A DNA stretch of 64,000 bases from Mobula hypostoma (Eukaryota), in NCBI RefSeq assembly GCF_963921235.1, contig NC_086097.1, positions 234,982,001-235,046,000 of the forward strand, read 5' to 3'. Below are positions 27,285-40,814 of this stretch, in pieces; position 1 is the stretch's first letter, and the number at the start of each line of letters is the position of its first letter. The notes under the pieces were generated by a model. It was given only the letters and a program-made list of their open reading frames with translations, did no database searches and was not told where the DNA came from. Position numbers and translations under genes: made by a program.

Positions 27285-29960
27285 TCTAAATCACTGACAA
27301 ACAATGTAAAAAGTATCAGTCCCAATATTGACACATGAGGAACACCATTAGTCACTGGCTGTCAACCAGAAAAGTCCCACATTATCCCCTCTCTCTATTT
27401 CCTGCCTGCCAACCATTCTTTTATCCATGGCAGTATCTTTCCTGTAACGCGATGGGATTTTATCTTGTTAACTAGCCTCATGTATGGTACCTTAAGAAAT
27501 GCCTTCTGAAAATCAAAGTAAATGATGTACACTGCTTCTCCTTTGTCTACCCCACTTATTTCCTCAAAGAACACTCACAGATTTGTCAGGCAAGATTTCC
27601 AACAATCATGATGACCTTGAATTATCTTATCATTAGTCTCCAAATACCCGGATACTTCACACTTAATAATAGACTTCAACACTTTCCCAACCACTGAAGT
27701 TAGTCTAACTGGCCTACAATTTCCTTTCTTTTGCCATCCTCCCTTCTTGAAAAGAGTGGAGTGGAGTGACATTTGCAATGTTCCAGTCCTCCGGGACCAT
27801 TCCATAATCAAGTGATTCTTGAAAGATCATAATCATCTGTTATCTCTTTAGCAATTTCTCTCAGGACCCTGGGATGTAACTCGCCTGGTCCAGGTGACTT
27901 ATCCATTTTAAGACCTTTAAGTTTGCCTAACGCTTCTTCATTTGTAATAGCAATGGCACTCACTCCCGTTCCCCGACTCTCACGCACATCTGGCACACTG
28001 CTAGTGTCTTTCATAGTGAAGACCAATGCAAAGTACTAAGTTAATTCACCATTTCTTTGTCTCCCATCACTACCTCACCAGCATCATTTTCCAGTTGTCC
28101 AATATCACCTCTCACCTCCCCTTTAATATTTATATAACTGAGAACACTTTTGGTATCCTGCTTTATATTATTGATCAGTTTGGCCTCAAATTGAATCTTT
28201 TTCCCTTCTTATGGCTTTTTTAGTTACCTTTTGCTGGATTTTTTAAAACATCTCACTTACTTTTGCTACATTATATACTCTTCCCTTGGCTTTTATGCAG
28301 TCCTTGGCTTCCCTTGTCAACCACAGTTGCTTACCCCTGGCGTTTGAGAACTTCTTCTGTGGGACATATCTACCCTTCCCCTTGTGAAATATTCCAGGAA
28401 ACTTCAGCTAACTCTGCTCTGCATTCACCCCTGCCAGTATCCTCCTCCAATCCACCTGGGCAAGCTTCTCTCTGAAGCTTCTGTAATTTCCTTTATTCCA
28501 TTGCGATACAGATACATGTGAGTTATGCTTCTCCCTCTCAAGTTGCTGTATGAATTCAATCATGTTATGATCACTGCTTCCTAACGGTTCCTTTACCTTA
28601 AACTCCTTAATAAAATCTGAATTATAACATAACACCCAATCAAGGAAAGCCTTTCCCCAAGTTGGCTCAAGCACAAAATGCTCTAAAAAACATCTCAGAA
28701 GCATTTAACATCCTTCCTCTCTTGCAATCCAACACCAACCTGATTTTCCCAATCCTCTTACATATTGAAGTTCCCCATTACAGTTGTGACATTACCCTTA
28801 TTACGTGCTTTTTCCAGCTCCCTCTACAATCTCAAACCCGAATCTTGGATACTATTTGAAGGTCCACAGTTTATGATTCCCATAATGCTTTTTTTTTCCC
28901 CTTGTAATTTATTAACTCTACCCACAAAGGTTCAACATTCTCTGACCCTATGTCACCTCTTTCTGAAGATGTAATTCTGTCTCTTACCAATAGTACCACA
29001 CCACTGTCTATGCCTTCCAACCTGTCCTTTCATTACAAAGTATATCCTTTGATATTAAGCTCCCTACTATGACCTTCTTTCAGCCATGACTCTGTGATGC
29101 CCACAACGTCATAACAACAAATGTCTGATTCTGCTACAAGTTCATCCACCTTATTCCGAATGCTACATGCATTTAAACACAACACCTTCCATCCTGCATT
29201 CTTCGCTCTTTTGAATTTTGCCTCTGTGGTAAAATTTAACTCTTTGTGCTGACCTTCCTTACATTCATATTACACCCACCATCTACTTGTAAACCCTCTG
29301 GCTCATCCTCAGCTTTATCATATTGGTTCACATCCCCCTTACATATTAGTTTAACTTCTCCCAGCAACTTTAGCAAACCTGCCTACAAGAATATTGGTCT
29401 CCCTCAGATTCAAGTGCAACCTATCCTTTTGTATAGATCACACCTGCCCCAAAAGAGGTCCCAATGCTCCAGAAATTTGAATCCCTCTCCCCTGTTCCAA
29501 TTCTTCAGCCACGCATTTATCTGCCACCTCATTCTATTCCTATCCTCACTGTCACGTGGCCACAGCCAGCAAACCAGAGATTACTACCTTGAGGTCCCGC
29601 TTCTTGACTTTCTTCCTTCCTTCTTGTATTCTGTTTTCAGGACCTCTTCCCTTTTTCTACCTCTGTCTTTGGTACCAGTACATACTATGACTTCTGGCTC
29701 CTCATCCTTCCTTTTCAGGATATTGTGATGTATTCAGAAACATCATGGACCCAGGCAAACTACCATCCGTGTTTTTTTTTGCATCCACGGAATTGCCCTA
29801 ACTATGGAGTTCACTGTTACTGCTGCCATCCTCTTCAGTCCCCTACCCTTTCAAGCCACAGGGCCAGATTCAGTGTCAGAGGCACAGCCACTATTACTTT
29901 CCCCCAGGTAGGTCGTATCACCCACCAACAGTACTCAAAATGGAGTACTTATTGTTGACA
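27285..29960 (-). mobile_element. Long degraded CR1 LINE including endonuclease-region remnants
   Basis: EPTWGKAFLDWVLC..EPLGSSDHNMIEF; KSPGPGELHPRVL; NCRPVRLTSVVGK. Confidence 0.85.
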
Positions 29961-30039
29961 GCCACAGGGTTGCTCTCCACTATTTAATGTTCTCCCTTCC
30001 TTCTCCTGACAATTGCCGATTTATCCATCTCCTGTAGCC

Positions 30040-31938
30040 CTGTAGGAAACAACCTGTCCACATTCACTCTATCTAGGCATTTCAATGTGATAGATTTCAA
30101 TGAGAACCCTCCTCATTCTTCTAAACTCCAGTGAGTACAGACGCAGAACCATCAAACACTTGTCATAGGAATCATTCTCATGAATCTCCTCTGGACCCTC
30201 TCAAACACCAACACATATTTTCTATTGAGAGTGGGGGAGATTCAAACAAGAGGACATGAGTTGAGAGTTAAAGAGCAAAAGTTTAGGGGTAACATGAGAG
30301 GGAACTTCTTTACTCAGAGAGTGGTAGCTGTGTGGAACGAGCTTCCAGCAGAAGTGGTTGAGGCAAGTTCGATGTTGTCACTTAAAGTTAAATTGGACAG
30401 CTATATGGATAGGAAAGGAATGGAGGGTTATGGGGTGAGTGCAGGTCAGTGGGACTAGGTGAGAGTAAGAGTTTGGCATGGACTAGGAGGGCCTGTTTCC
30501 GTGCTGTAATTGATATATGGTTATATTTTCTTAGATGATAGGTAAAAAATATGTTCACAATACTTCAAGTGTGATCTGACCAATGCCTTATAAAGCCTTT
30601 GCATTATATCCTTGCCCTAATTTTCTCGTCCTCTTAAGATGAATGCCAACATTTCATTTGCCTTTCTTACCACCAACTCAACCTGCAGGCTAACTTTAGG
30701 GATACCTGCACAAGGTTTACCGAGTTCCCATGCACCTCTGAATTTGTTTATTTTCTGTTTACAAAATGGTCTGGCACATTTACTCCTTTCTCCTATACAC
30801 CTCCTGACACCGTATTCCATCTGCCTCTTCTTCTCCCAATCTCCTAATCTGTGTATGTCCTCCCACAGACTACTTGTTTCCTCAACAGTACCTGCCCCTC
30901 CACCTATCTTTGTGTCATCCTCAAACCTGCCAACAAAGCTATCAATTCCTTCATCCAAATTATTGACGTTTAACATGAAAAGAAGCAAAACCAACACCAA
31001 CCCCTGTGGAAAATCACTTGTCAACAGCAGCCAACTAGGAAAGACACCCTTTATTCCCTCTCTTTATCTTCTGCCTGTCAGCCAGTCTTCTATCCATGCT
31101 AGTACAGTATCTTTCCAGTAACACCATGGGCTCTTACTTTGTTAACATCCTCACGTGTGGCACTTTATTAAAAGTTTTCTGAAAACCCATGAAAACAACG
31201 TCCACTGAGTCTTTGTCTATTCTGCTTGTTATTCCCTCAAGGAATTCCAACATATTTATCAGGCAAAATTTCCCCTTGAGGAAACCATGCTGACTTTGGC
31301 CAATTTATCATGTGCCTCCATGTACCTCAAAATCTCATCCTTAATGATGGACTCCAACATCTCATGAACCACTGAAGTCTGGCTAACTGGCATATAAAAA
31401 CACAAACATGAGGAAATCTTCAGATGCTGGAAATTCAAGCAACACACACAAAGTTCTGGTGGAACGCAGCAGACCAGGCGGCATCTATAGGACGAAGTGC
31501 AGTAGACATTTTGGGTCGAGACTTCTTCCTATAGATTCTGCCTGGCCTGCTGCATTCCACTAGCATTTTATGTGTGTTAACTGGCATATAACTTCGTTTC
31601 TTCCTCACTTCTTAAAGGGTGGAGTGACATTGGCAATTTTCCATTCCTCTGGAACCATTCCAGAATCTAGTGATCCTTGAAAGATCATTAATAATGCCTC
31701 CAAAATCTCTTCAACCACCACTTTCAGAAACCTGGTTTGTAGTCAATCTTGTCTAGTTGACATATCTACCTTCAGACCTTTCAACTTCACAAGCAAATTT
31801 TCCTCATCAATAGCAACTACCCTCACTTCTGCCCCCTGACACTCTCAAATTTTTGGCATAATTTCTGTGTTCTACAGTGAAGACTGATGCAAAATGCTTA
31901 TTAAGTCGTCACCATTTCTTTGCCCCCCCATTACAACC
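30040..31938 (-). mobile_element. Degraded CR1 LINE with an opposite-strand CR1 3' end inserted at ~30220-30525
   Basis: FPQGLVL..FEDDTKIGGG; insert RGNFFTQRVVAVWNELP. Confidence 0.8.
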
Positions 31939-32835
31939 TGTGATGCACAGGCACTCCATGAGCTCTATGTCTATTGGAGAAACAGACCTGGCTCCACTGC
32001 AGTAGCAGGTGCAGGTGTTTTATTAAATTTTCCCAATTTTTCACACAAAGTCCCAAAATGAGAAAATATATGTTCAGTGGGGACAAAAGAAAACTATATA
32101 CAATACGTATGTACAATATAATATTTACAGAGATCAACCACCGATAGCCAACTCCTTCATCAACTTAGTTCACTAGACCCTCAACCACCCCTGGAGGACA
32201 CACTGAGGCCTATTTTGTGCCTTTAGCACCCCCCCCCCCCAACCCGCCCAGCAATTCTCCATGGTATGTCTCTTTGGTACACTGTACCTTTGTATTTTCT
32301 CATGAATAATACCTGCTCAGAAGGAGCACTTTGGTTTTGCCAAGACGTACCTGGAACCACTAAACCACATACAATTTCTGAGACAACCAGTCCAATGGAG
32401 CACTCGACAATCAACAAATGTGAAACATTTACGTATTAATAGACTTAACTGTTATTCTCTGCACGTGTCTGTGTGTGTTACTTTGAGGTTATTAAATTAT
32501 TGCAGTGCTGCCCAAGGCTAGTGTCAGAGCCTCTGTCACAGTAGCACCCTCCTCCTCTCTACGACCGCCACTGTTTGGCAATCGGGACGGGTAGTTAGCT
32601 GTAATGATCTGTCATCCTGCTCTGTAGTGAACGTTGTGTTGGAAGTGCTGCATAGCCACACACCAGCGCTGTTGTGGTCTTTCATTGACTGGATCCACCT
32701 AAGTGCACAATGGTCAGTGTCCACGTCAAACTCTTGCCTAAGTAGATAGTATCAGAGGCTGTCAAGTGCCCATTTGATGGCAAGGAAATCCTTTTTGATG
32801 GTGGAGTATCTCACCTCCCTAGACAAAAGTTTACA

Positions 32836-33585
32836 TATATATAACATATAACCATATAACAATTACAGCACGGAAACAGGCCATCTCGGCCCTTCTAGTC
32901 TGTGCCGAACGCTTACTCTCACCTAGTCCCATCTACCTGCACTCAGCCCATAACCCTCCACTGCTCTCCTGTCCATATACATATCCAATTTTTTTTTAAA
33001 TGACAAAATCAAACCTGCTTCTACCACTTCTACTGGAAGCTCATTCCATACTGCTACCACCCTCTGAGTAAATAAGTTCCCCCTCGTGTTACCCCTAAAC
33101 TTTTGCCCTTTAACTCTCAACTCATGTCCTCTTGTTTGAATCTCCCCTACTCTCAATGGAAAAAGCCTATCCACGTCAACTCTACCCATCCCCCTCATAA
33201 TTTTAAATACCTCTATCAAGACCCCCCTCAAACTTCTATGCTCCAAAGAATAAAAACCTAACTTGTTCAACCTTTCTCTGTAACTTAGGTGCTGAAACCC
33301 AGGTAATGTTCTAATAAATCTCCTCTGTACTCTTTCTATTTTGTTGACATCTTTCCTATAATTCGGTGACCAGAACTGTACACAATACTCCAAATTTGGC
33401 CTCACCAATGCCTTGTACAATTTTAACATTACATCCTAACTCCTATACTCAATGCTCTGATTTATAAAGGCCAGCATACCAAAAGCTTTCTTCACCACCT
33501 TATCCACATGAGGTTCCACCTTCAGGGAACTATGCACCATTATTCCTAGATCACTCTGTTCTACTGCATTCTTCAATGCCCTACA
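32836..33585 (-). mobile_element. Young CR1 3' end inserted into Gypsy RNase H
   Basis: ORF 32923-33429 YKALVRPNLEYCVQFWSP; tail repeat at ~32836-32860. Confidence 0.9.
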
Positions 33586-33711
33586 TCTGAGATAGAGGAT
33601 AGGTCGTTCTTCTCCTGCCTCATCTTCTGCCAACACAACTCTGCTACCCAAAGCCGAGGCATCCACCTGCACCAGGAAACACTTGTTAAAGTCTGGGCTT
33701 TGCAGCATGGG

Positions 33712-34058
33712 TGTCATGGTCCCTTCTGGCAATCCCCCACCTTGCCATTTGCCTCAAGATTTGGGCTTCGATCACGTCATTTAGATTCCAATCATTCCCA
33801 AGTACCACTAACTACACGCAACTGCTTCCCATCAAACGGCAGGAGAAAAACCCTGTGACCACAGCAAGAAGCCGCCAGTTTGATGGTTGACTCTTGTGAG
33901 AGTAAACCTTGTTTCCTGTTCCTGAGAATTGTTAGTTCTAAGCTTTGCATCGTCTCCTGGATATTGGCTTCCCGCTTGCAGAGGTGCTACACCTAATGAC
34001 TCTGCCTCAGCATCTGTGTCCTGCACTTGGGTTCGTCCCCAGCCTTGTCCTTGCAACA
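33712..34058. mobile_element. Solo LTR (347 bp), same family as 60094-60498 in opposite orientation
   Basis: TGTCATGGTCCC...TGCAACA termini, 5-bp TSD ATGGG. Confidence 0.82.
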
Positions 34059-34327
34059 ATGGGAGATGAGCAGAAATGGGCTTTGAGGGCTGAGGCAGCC
34101 TTTTCACAGTCTTTAGTCCACTCTCTGGATTTTTCTCAGACTTGGTGGTCAGATTTGTCAGAGGTACTGCAACTGTGGCAAACTGGGGAATGAACAACTT
34201 GTGCCACCCATCGAGCCCCAACAACAATCCCTTCTGTTTTTCTGTGCACAGTCTCAGACTATTCCCACTATTATTTAGAAGAATGTGGGGGGTGGGCATC
34301 TTATTGAAACATCAAAACCTACTAAAT

Positions 34328-34850
34328 GTTGAAAAGATGAGATAAGGTGGATGTGGAGAGTATGTTCCCTATAGAACTAGAGGGCACAGCCTCAAAATTA
34401 AGGGGCTTCGCAGAAGCTGGAGAAATCACAGATGGGGAGCAGTGAGAGATGGTTTCATTGAACTCCCGTTGAAGAGAAGATTTAAATTTAAGATTTAGTC
34501 CTGACGAAGGGTCCCGGCCCGAAACGTCGACTGTACCTCTTCCTAGAGATGCTGCCTGGCCTGCTGCGTTCACCAGCAACTTTGATGTGTGTTGCTGAAG
34601 ATTAAGGGGCAACCTTTTAGAACAGGGGTAAGGAGGAATTAGCCAGAGAGTAGTAAACCTGTGGAATGCTCTGCCACAGACTGCAGTGGAGGCCAATTCT
34701 GTGCATATATTTAAGGCGGAAGTTGATCACTTCCTGATCGGTCAGGGAATCAAAGGATATGGCGAGAAGGCAGGTGCCAGGGGTTGAGTGGGATCCGGGA
34801 TCAGCCATGATGGGCTGTATGGCCTAATTCTACTCCTATGTTTCATGGTC
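34328..34850 (+). mobile_element. CR1 3' fragment with a nested Penelope terminal repeat
   Basis: agagagtagtaaacctgtggaatgctctgcc CR1 motif and 3' UTR. Confidence 0.7.
34497..34532 (+). ncRNA. Minimal type I hammerhead ribozyme motif, intact core with GUC triplet
   Basis: AGTC-CTGACGA-A-GGGT(CCCG)GCCC-GAAA-CGTC-GACT; stem I AGTC/GACT, palindromic ACGT stem III. Confidence 0.78.
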
Positions 34851-35479
34851 TTATTTTGTATGCCTTCTACCTTATACACCTGTGGCCACACTTCCTCCTC
34901 ACCCAGCTGGTAGCTTAGGTAGTATCTCTTGCCTTGCCAAGTCACATTTTTACAGGGTTAGTGTTAAGCCTAGCTCATGGATGTCTCTGTCTCAAGATAT
35001 GCCACAGATCCTGGAGACTGTCACTCCAGGTGTCGCTGTAGATGACCACACAGTAGCCCTCATATCCCTGCAGCAGCTAGTCCATCGATTGCTGAAATGT
35101 TGCAGATGCTTCATACAAACGGCATGATAGTGAACTGCTATAAGCCTATCAGTGTTCTAAATGCTGTGTACTCCCGTATCTTCTCTTCCAGGGGAACTTG
35201 CCAGTACCCTTGTAGAGATCTAATGTTGTAATGTACCTGGCTCTTCTAACAAGGCATAGGGTAGGCGTCAAATTGGAGGTTGCACTGAGCTTCTGGAAAT
35301 CCAGTTACACGCGCAGGGAGTTATCCTTTTCCGGAATGATAACTATTGGGCTGCTCCACTAACTTCTAAAAGGGTTCCCTCATAGTTGTAATCTCCCTCT
35401 TTAGTGGTTCTAAAGGGCATTCAGGCACCCGGAACAGTCTCTGATAGATTGGAGTGGAGCACTGACTCATAGACTGGAT

Positions 35480-36755
35480 GGCTCCCTTTTCCTGAAGTCA
35501 ATAATCTGCTCCTTGGTCTTGCTGACTATGAGTAAGATGTTGTTGTTGCGACATCACTCAGACAGATTTTCAATCTCCCTCCTGATTCATCGTCACATTT
35601 GATTCGGCACACAACGGTGTGAAATGGTATCTGCTGTGAACCTGTTGCTCTGGCAGGCAGATTGGAGAGGATCCAAGTCACTTCTCAGGCAGGCGCTGAT
35701 ATGTTTCATCACCAGCCTCTCCAAGCACTTCGTCATTGTGGATGTAAGTGCTTCAGGATTATAGTCATTGAAGCGGGTCACTGTGTTCTTGTTAGGCAAC
35801 AGAATAATTGAAGCCTGCTTGAAACAGGTGGGTACCTCAGACTGCTGAAGTAAGAGGTTAAGATTTTGGTGAATGCGCCAGCCAGTTGATCAGCACAGGT
35901 ATTTATTACTTGGCCATGTACCCGCATCTGGGCCAGAGGCTTTTCGTGGGTTCACCCTCCTGAAGCCTGCTCTCATGTCAGCGTCAGAAGCTGAATGCAA
36001 GATCATCAGGGGGCTTTGATGGCTCCTCCAGGTTTTGACAGTCAAAGTGAGCACAGCAGACACTGGGCTTATCTGGAAGCAAATTGTCACTTGATTTAAC
36101 TTTATTAGAGCTGATAGTACTCAAGCCTTGCCACGACTGTGGAGGATCCTTTGTTGATTCAAGTTTAGTCCAGATTTGCCACCTGTGAGATGGCTTTCCA
36201 GAAACTGTACCTGGACCTCTTGTAACCCTCTTGGTCACCAGACTTGAAGGCCTCTCCTTTGGGTCTCAGCAGATTGTGGATGTCATGGTTCACCCAGAAC
36301 TTCTGATTAGGGAAGACCGAATGATTTTGTGAAGTAACACTCATCTACAACTGATTTAATAAAGTCCATGATAACTATGTTGTATTCATTCAGATCCACA
36401 GACAAGCTCTTATACACGGCCCAGTCCCCTGACTTGAAGCAATTTCGTAGCTGCTCCTCTGCCTCCCATGACCACCCCTTTGCTGTCCTAATCTCTGGAG
36501 CTTTGCTCCTTGGCCTCTGCCTGTCTGCAGCCACGTGATCCGATTTACCGAAATGCGGTCTGGACATGGAAAGGTAAGCATTCCTTATCTTAGTATAACA
36601 ATGGTCTAGCGTGTTGAGACTTCTGGTGCTACAGGTTATATGTTGATGGTACTTGTTCACTGTTTTCCTCAAACAGGCCTGGTTGAAGTCCCTGATTATG
36701 ATTTCAAATTTGTCGGGATGGACTCTTTTTTGCCTGGAGACTGCATCTTGCGTTA
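35480..36755 (-). mobile_element. Rex1/Babar-like LINE, endonuclease-to-RT remnant
   Basis: DFNQACL..HITCSTR..TLDHCYT..HFGKSDH; RVNPRKASGPD; NDYNPEALTSTMTKCLERLV. Confidence 0.82.
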
Positions 36756-37644
36756 TCTCAAACACTTGATTATAGTCAGCCAATATATGGCTGGATTAAT
36801 AACATTTTTGATTGCCAAATCCTTTTTGATCATGACAGCACAACAAAGGAGTGTGTTTGTTACAAACAAAGGAATCATAGTTAACTTCTTAAATAGGGAA
36901 ACAATAATATTCTCATTCAGTATATTATTATTAATGTTCTGATATACTGACTGCAAAGTACAATGTTTAAATTTACATATAGCAAAAGTGAATTGCAATT
37001 CCTAACTTTAAATTATCAAAGTGACTTTTGAATATGTAATTCAGATCATTAATCCTATATATTATTAGTATTGTGAGAAGTGATCAGAATCTGCTTTTTG
37101 GACCTTATTAAAATCCAAATGGTAAATCAAAAGATACCGTGGGGATTATGGGTTGCTTAAGCAACTGAAGACTAAAAGCCTCTGCTTTTGGTGTTTGTTT
37201 AACCTTGCTGGGAAAGGGAGGGCTGTTGAACTGTCTAATGAATAATACAATAAGGTATAAACAGACCTTCAGGTGAATTAGCTCTCTATAATTTGAATCC
37301 GTGCTTGTTTTGCCAATGAGTTCAAATTCTGACAGCAATTCTAACAAAACAGCATTTGTCCATGTCATTTCTCGTCACCCACTGCTCCCTCTCCAAACTT
37401 CTTGCATTCTGGTTAATTACCCAATAGATTTTGTGGTGCTAAATAATCTAATTTAGTGGAATTAACACAGTGTCACTGTCACATCAAATGCAGCACCTAT
37501 TCAAGAAAAGGGGTTTTCCTTTTAATGTTGATCCCAACCATTATCACGCACATGACCATTGAAAATAGCCAGCGTTCTATCATGCAATATGCTTTTTTTT
37601 CCAAATTCTCATTAAAGTTGGTAATTGAACAAAAACCCCTTTCT

Positions 37645-38210
37645 TCTGAGGATGTATCCTGGACCCGACATATTGATGAAGCTACAAAGAAGGCATGAAA
37701 TTGGCTTTATTTCATTCAGAGTTTGAGGAGATTTGTTATATCACCAAAGATGCTCGCAAATTTTTACAGATGTACTGTGGAGAGCATTCTAATTGGCTGC
37801 ATCATTGTCTGGTATGGGGTGGGCTACAGCATAGGATCAAAACAAGCTGCAGAGAGTTGTAAACTTAGCTTCATCATGGGCACTAGTCTCTGTAGTATCT
37901 AGGACATCTTCAAGGAGCGAGGCCTCAAAAAGCTGGTGTTCATAATTAAAGACCTCCAATCCCTAGATCGTGACTATTCTCATTAGGGAGGAGGTTCAGA
38001 AACCTGAGGGCACACACTCAACGATTCAGGAACAGCTTCTTCCACTCTACCATTCAACTTCTGAATAGTCATTGAGCCCATGGATACTACATCACTACTT
38101 TATTATTTTTGTTATATTTTTCCAGTATTATGTATTGCATTGTACTGCTGCTGCAAAGACAATAAATTTCATGACATATGCAGGTGATATTAAACCTGGT
38201 TCTGATTCCA
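37645..38210 (+). mobile_element. Rex1/Babar-like LINE 3' fragment
   Basis: SEDVSWTRHI..TKKA; FYRCTVESILIGCIIVWYG. Confidence 0.7.
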
Positions 38211-38924
38211 TTTACCTTTCCAGAGAAGGAAGGTTTCTTATCACTCTGAGGAATGACATCGATATGACTTTAAGGCTACACCCAATGGAAAAACAAAATA
38301 ACACATTCAAGATGCTGGAGGAACTTTGTAGGTCAGGCAGCATCTATGGAAAGGACTAAACAGGTAACATTTTTGGCCAAGATCCTTCATTAATTGCTTT
38401 TTCTCCTTTCCATAGATGCTGCCTGATCTGCTGAGTTCCTCCAGCATTTTTCATGTGTATCTCTGGATTTCCAGCTCAGCAAGTTCTCTTGTGTTTATGA
38501 AGGAGAAAATAAACTGGCCTATTATTTTTTTAAATCCTAAAAGCTTCATTTGGGGTAACAACTAGAGTTTAATAATACAAGAGATTCTGCAGATGCTGGA
38601 AATTTTGAACAACACACAAAAAATAATGTATGAACTCAGCATCTATGGAGGGGTTTTTGAAGGTTCTTGGCCCAAAATATTGACTGTTTATTCCTCTCCA
38701 TAGATGCTGCCTGACCTGCTGAGTTCATCCAGAATTTTGTGTGTCTCTCTACTTAGTGTTGGGAACCCAAGTGATATTCCAGTTTAAATCTATTACAATT
38801 TTTTAGAAGAATACATTTTTCTCAAGTGGATGTCCGGCCTGGTGTAACCAACATTATGAATTTGCATTAAATTAGGTAAATGTCAATCATCTTTTTTTTA
38901 TTATTTTGATAGAACACAAATTTA

Positions 38925-39790
38925 ATTTCAGACTACATGTATCGCTTAGGAATCTGGAGAAACAAGAAATTAACTTTTATTGAATATAATGCATTTAATT
39001 GAATAACAGTGCATACACTTTGCAATAGTTCAACTAAACTAAAGCTGTTTTGTTGATTATTTTCTTTCATACTCAGTGTCTGATGGTTCTTGCTTAAGTA
39101 TCCAGCAATAATCAGCCAGTATTGATGAATTCCAGTTGCCCTGATACCATTTCTCTATTATTGCAATGTCACGGTGAAACCTTTCACCATGCTCGTCTCT
39201 GACAGCACCAAGATTTGCAGTGAAGAAGTCTAAATGGGAATGCAGAAAATGAATCTTTAGTGACATGTTGCCCTTCATAGTTTTGTATGCTTGAAACATG
39301 TTGTCAACCAGCTGCAATTACTTTGGTGCTCTGTAGTTGCCAAGAAAATTTTCAACAACGTCCTTGAATGTCTTTCATGCGATTTTCTCCAGTCCTACTG
39401 GAAGTTATTCAAATTGTCTTTCATTGATGACCTGTTTGATTTGTGGACCAAAACTAATACTTTCCTGAATCTCAGCATCAGCTATTCTGGGAAACATTTG
39501 TCTCAAATTTCAAAATCCTTCATGGAAATTATTGTGCTTTAAAGTCTTGAACCCAGTAATTCTGCTTTTGCCTTTGATAAATCCAAGTCTCTGACCAGGT
39601 CACTTAACTCAGATTGAACTGTCAGATGAGGCTCATTCCACATAAAGAGTTCAAAATCAGCATCAGTATCGGTGTTTTCCATTCCAGGCTCGTGCATCAT
39701 GGCACCTTCGTCTGCCTCCTCTAGACTTCCGTACTGGAAGACTGTCGTCATGCGGCACGTATCTCATAGCTGAAGGGAGACTGGGGAACT
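38925..39790 (-). mobile_element. Chapaev3-like (CMC) DNA transposon remnant
   Basis: ORF 39057-39317 MSLKIHFLHSHLDFF..LGAVRDEHGERFHRDI..YQGNW..LADYCW; EPHLTVQSELSDLVRDLDLSKAKAELLGSRL. Confidence 0.65.
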
Positions 39791-40369
39791 AGACTAATAT
39801 TACATTAGGCTAACATGCTGTTCTGAAGGGAAATGTTGAGATGATAATTCAGCTTTTCACCGCTTTAGTAATATCTAGCTAAACATGTCTTTATCGAAAT
39901 GGAATATATATTAATAATTTTGAGATGCAATTGCTGTAGCTTTGCCAATCATTGTAAGTTTGTATTATTGAGGATAGTATTACAATAACACTAATTTTTT
40001 GCTAATATTATACTTGAATATGGCTCCAATTATGTTATCTGAGCCATGAATGAGAGTGATGAATTTACTGAACCCTTAGATCCCTTTGGGATGCCACATC
40101 AATTTCTTCTCTCATCTGAGTCATTATCTGTACTGTTGTGCCCTATCACTCGGCTAATTTCCTAATCTCATCATTTTTTTTTGTCTTTAATTCCATAAAC
40201 TTTCATTAAAACTAACCTTCTCCAATGATTAAATTAACAAACGCTTTCAGAAATTTGGCATAAAATCCGTTCATATAAACTCCTTTAACCTGTGATTTTA
40301 GTTAGCTCTTCAAAAATAATATTAGCTTTGCTAGGTATAATCCCCACATCTGATCAGCTAAAATTTACA

Positions 40370-40645
40370 CATGGTAGTGTAGCAGTTTGTCTAGCATGAT
40401 GACGGCAGCAGCAATCACTGATAGGGGTTCAATTCTCACTGCTGCCTGTAAGGAATTAGTACGTTCTTCTTGTGATCATGTGGGTTTCCTCTAGATGCTC
40501 CGGTTTCCTCCCACATTACAAAGACATATGAGTTAAGATTAATGAATTGTGGACATGCTTTGCTGGCACCAGAAATGTGGTGAAACTTGCAGGAAAATCC
40601 TCACTGATCTCATTTGATGTAAAATGATGCATTTTGCTGTATGTT
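40370..40645 (+). mobile_element. tRNA-derived V-SINE (HE1-like)
   Basis: B-box-like GGTTCAATTC and V-domain TGTGGGTTTCCTC..TGCTCCGGTTTCCTCCCACA. Confidence 0.7.
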
Positions 40646-40814
40646 CAAAGTTCAAAGTGAACTTATGATCAAAGTATATACAGTATATGTCACCATATAT
40701 AACCCTGAGATTCATTTTCTTGTGGGCTTACTTATTAAATCTATAGAATAATAACCATAACAGAATCGTTGACAGACTGCCAAGTAGGGCCTTCAACCAG
40801 AGTCAGAAGACAAC

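Larger units (their letters stand above)
31939..35460 (-). mobile_element. Gypsy LTR retrotransposon 3' half (RT, RNase H, PPT, 3' LTR 31939-32540), heavily nested
   Basis: WSSPIVIIP, LDLYKGYWQVPL, FIPQFATVAVPLTNLT, PDFNKCFLVQVDAS..ERPILYL, RYSTIKKDFLAIKWAL..TDHCALRW; purine tract AGAGAGGAGGAGGG just before TGTGACA; LTR ends in CA. Confidence 0.88.
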
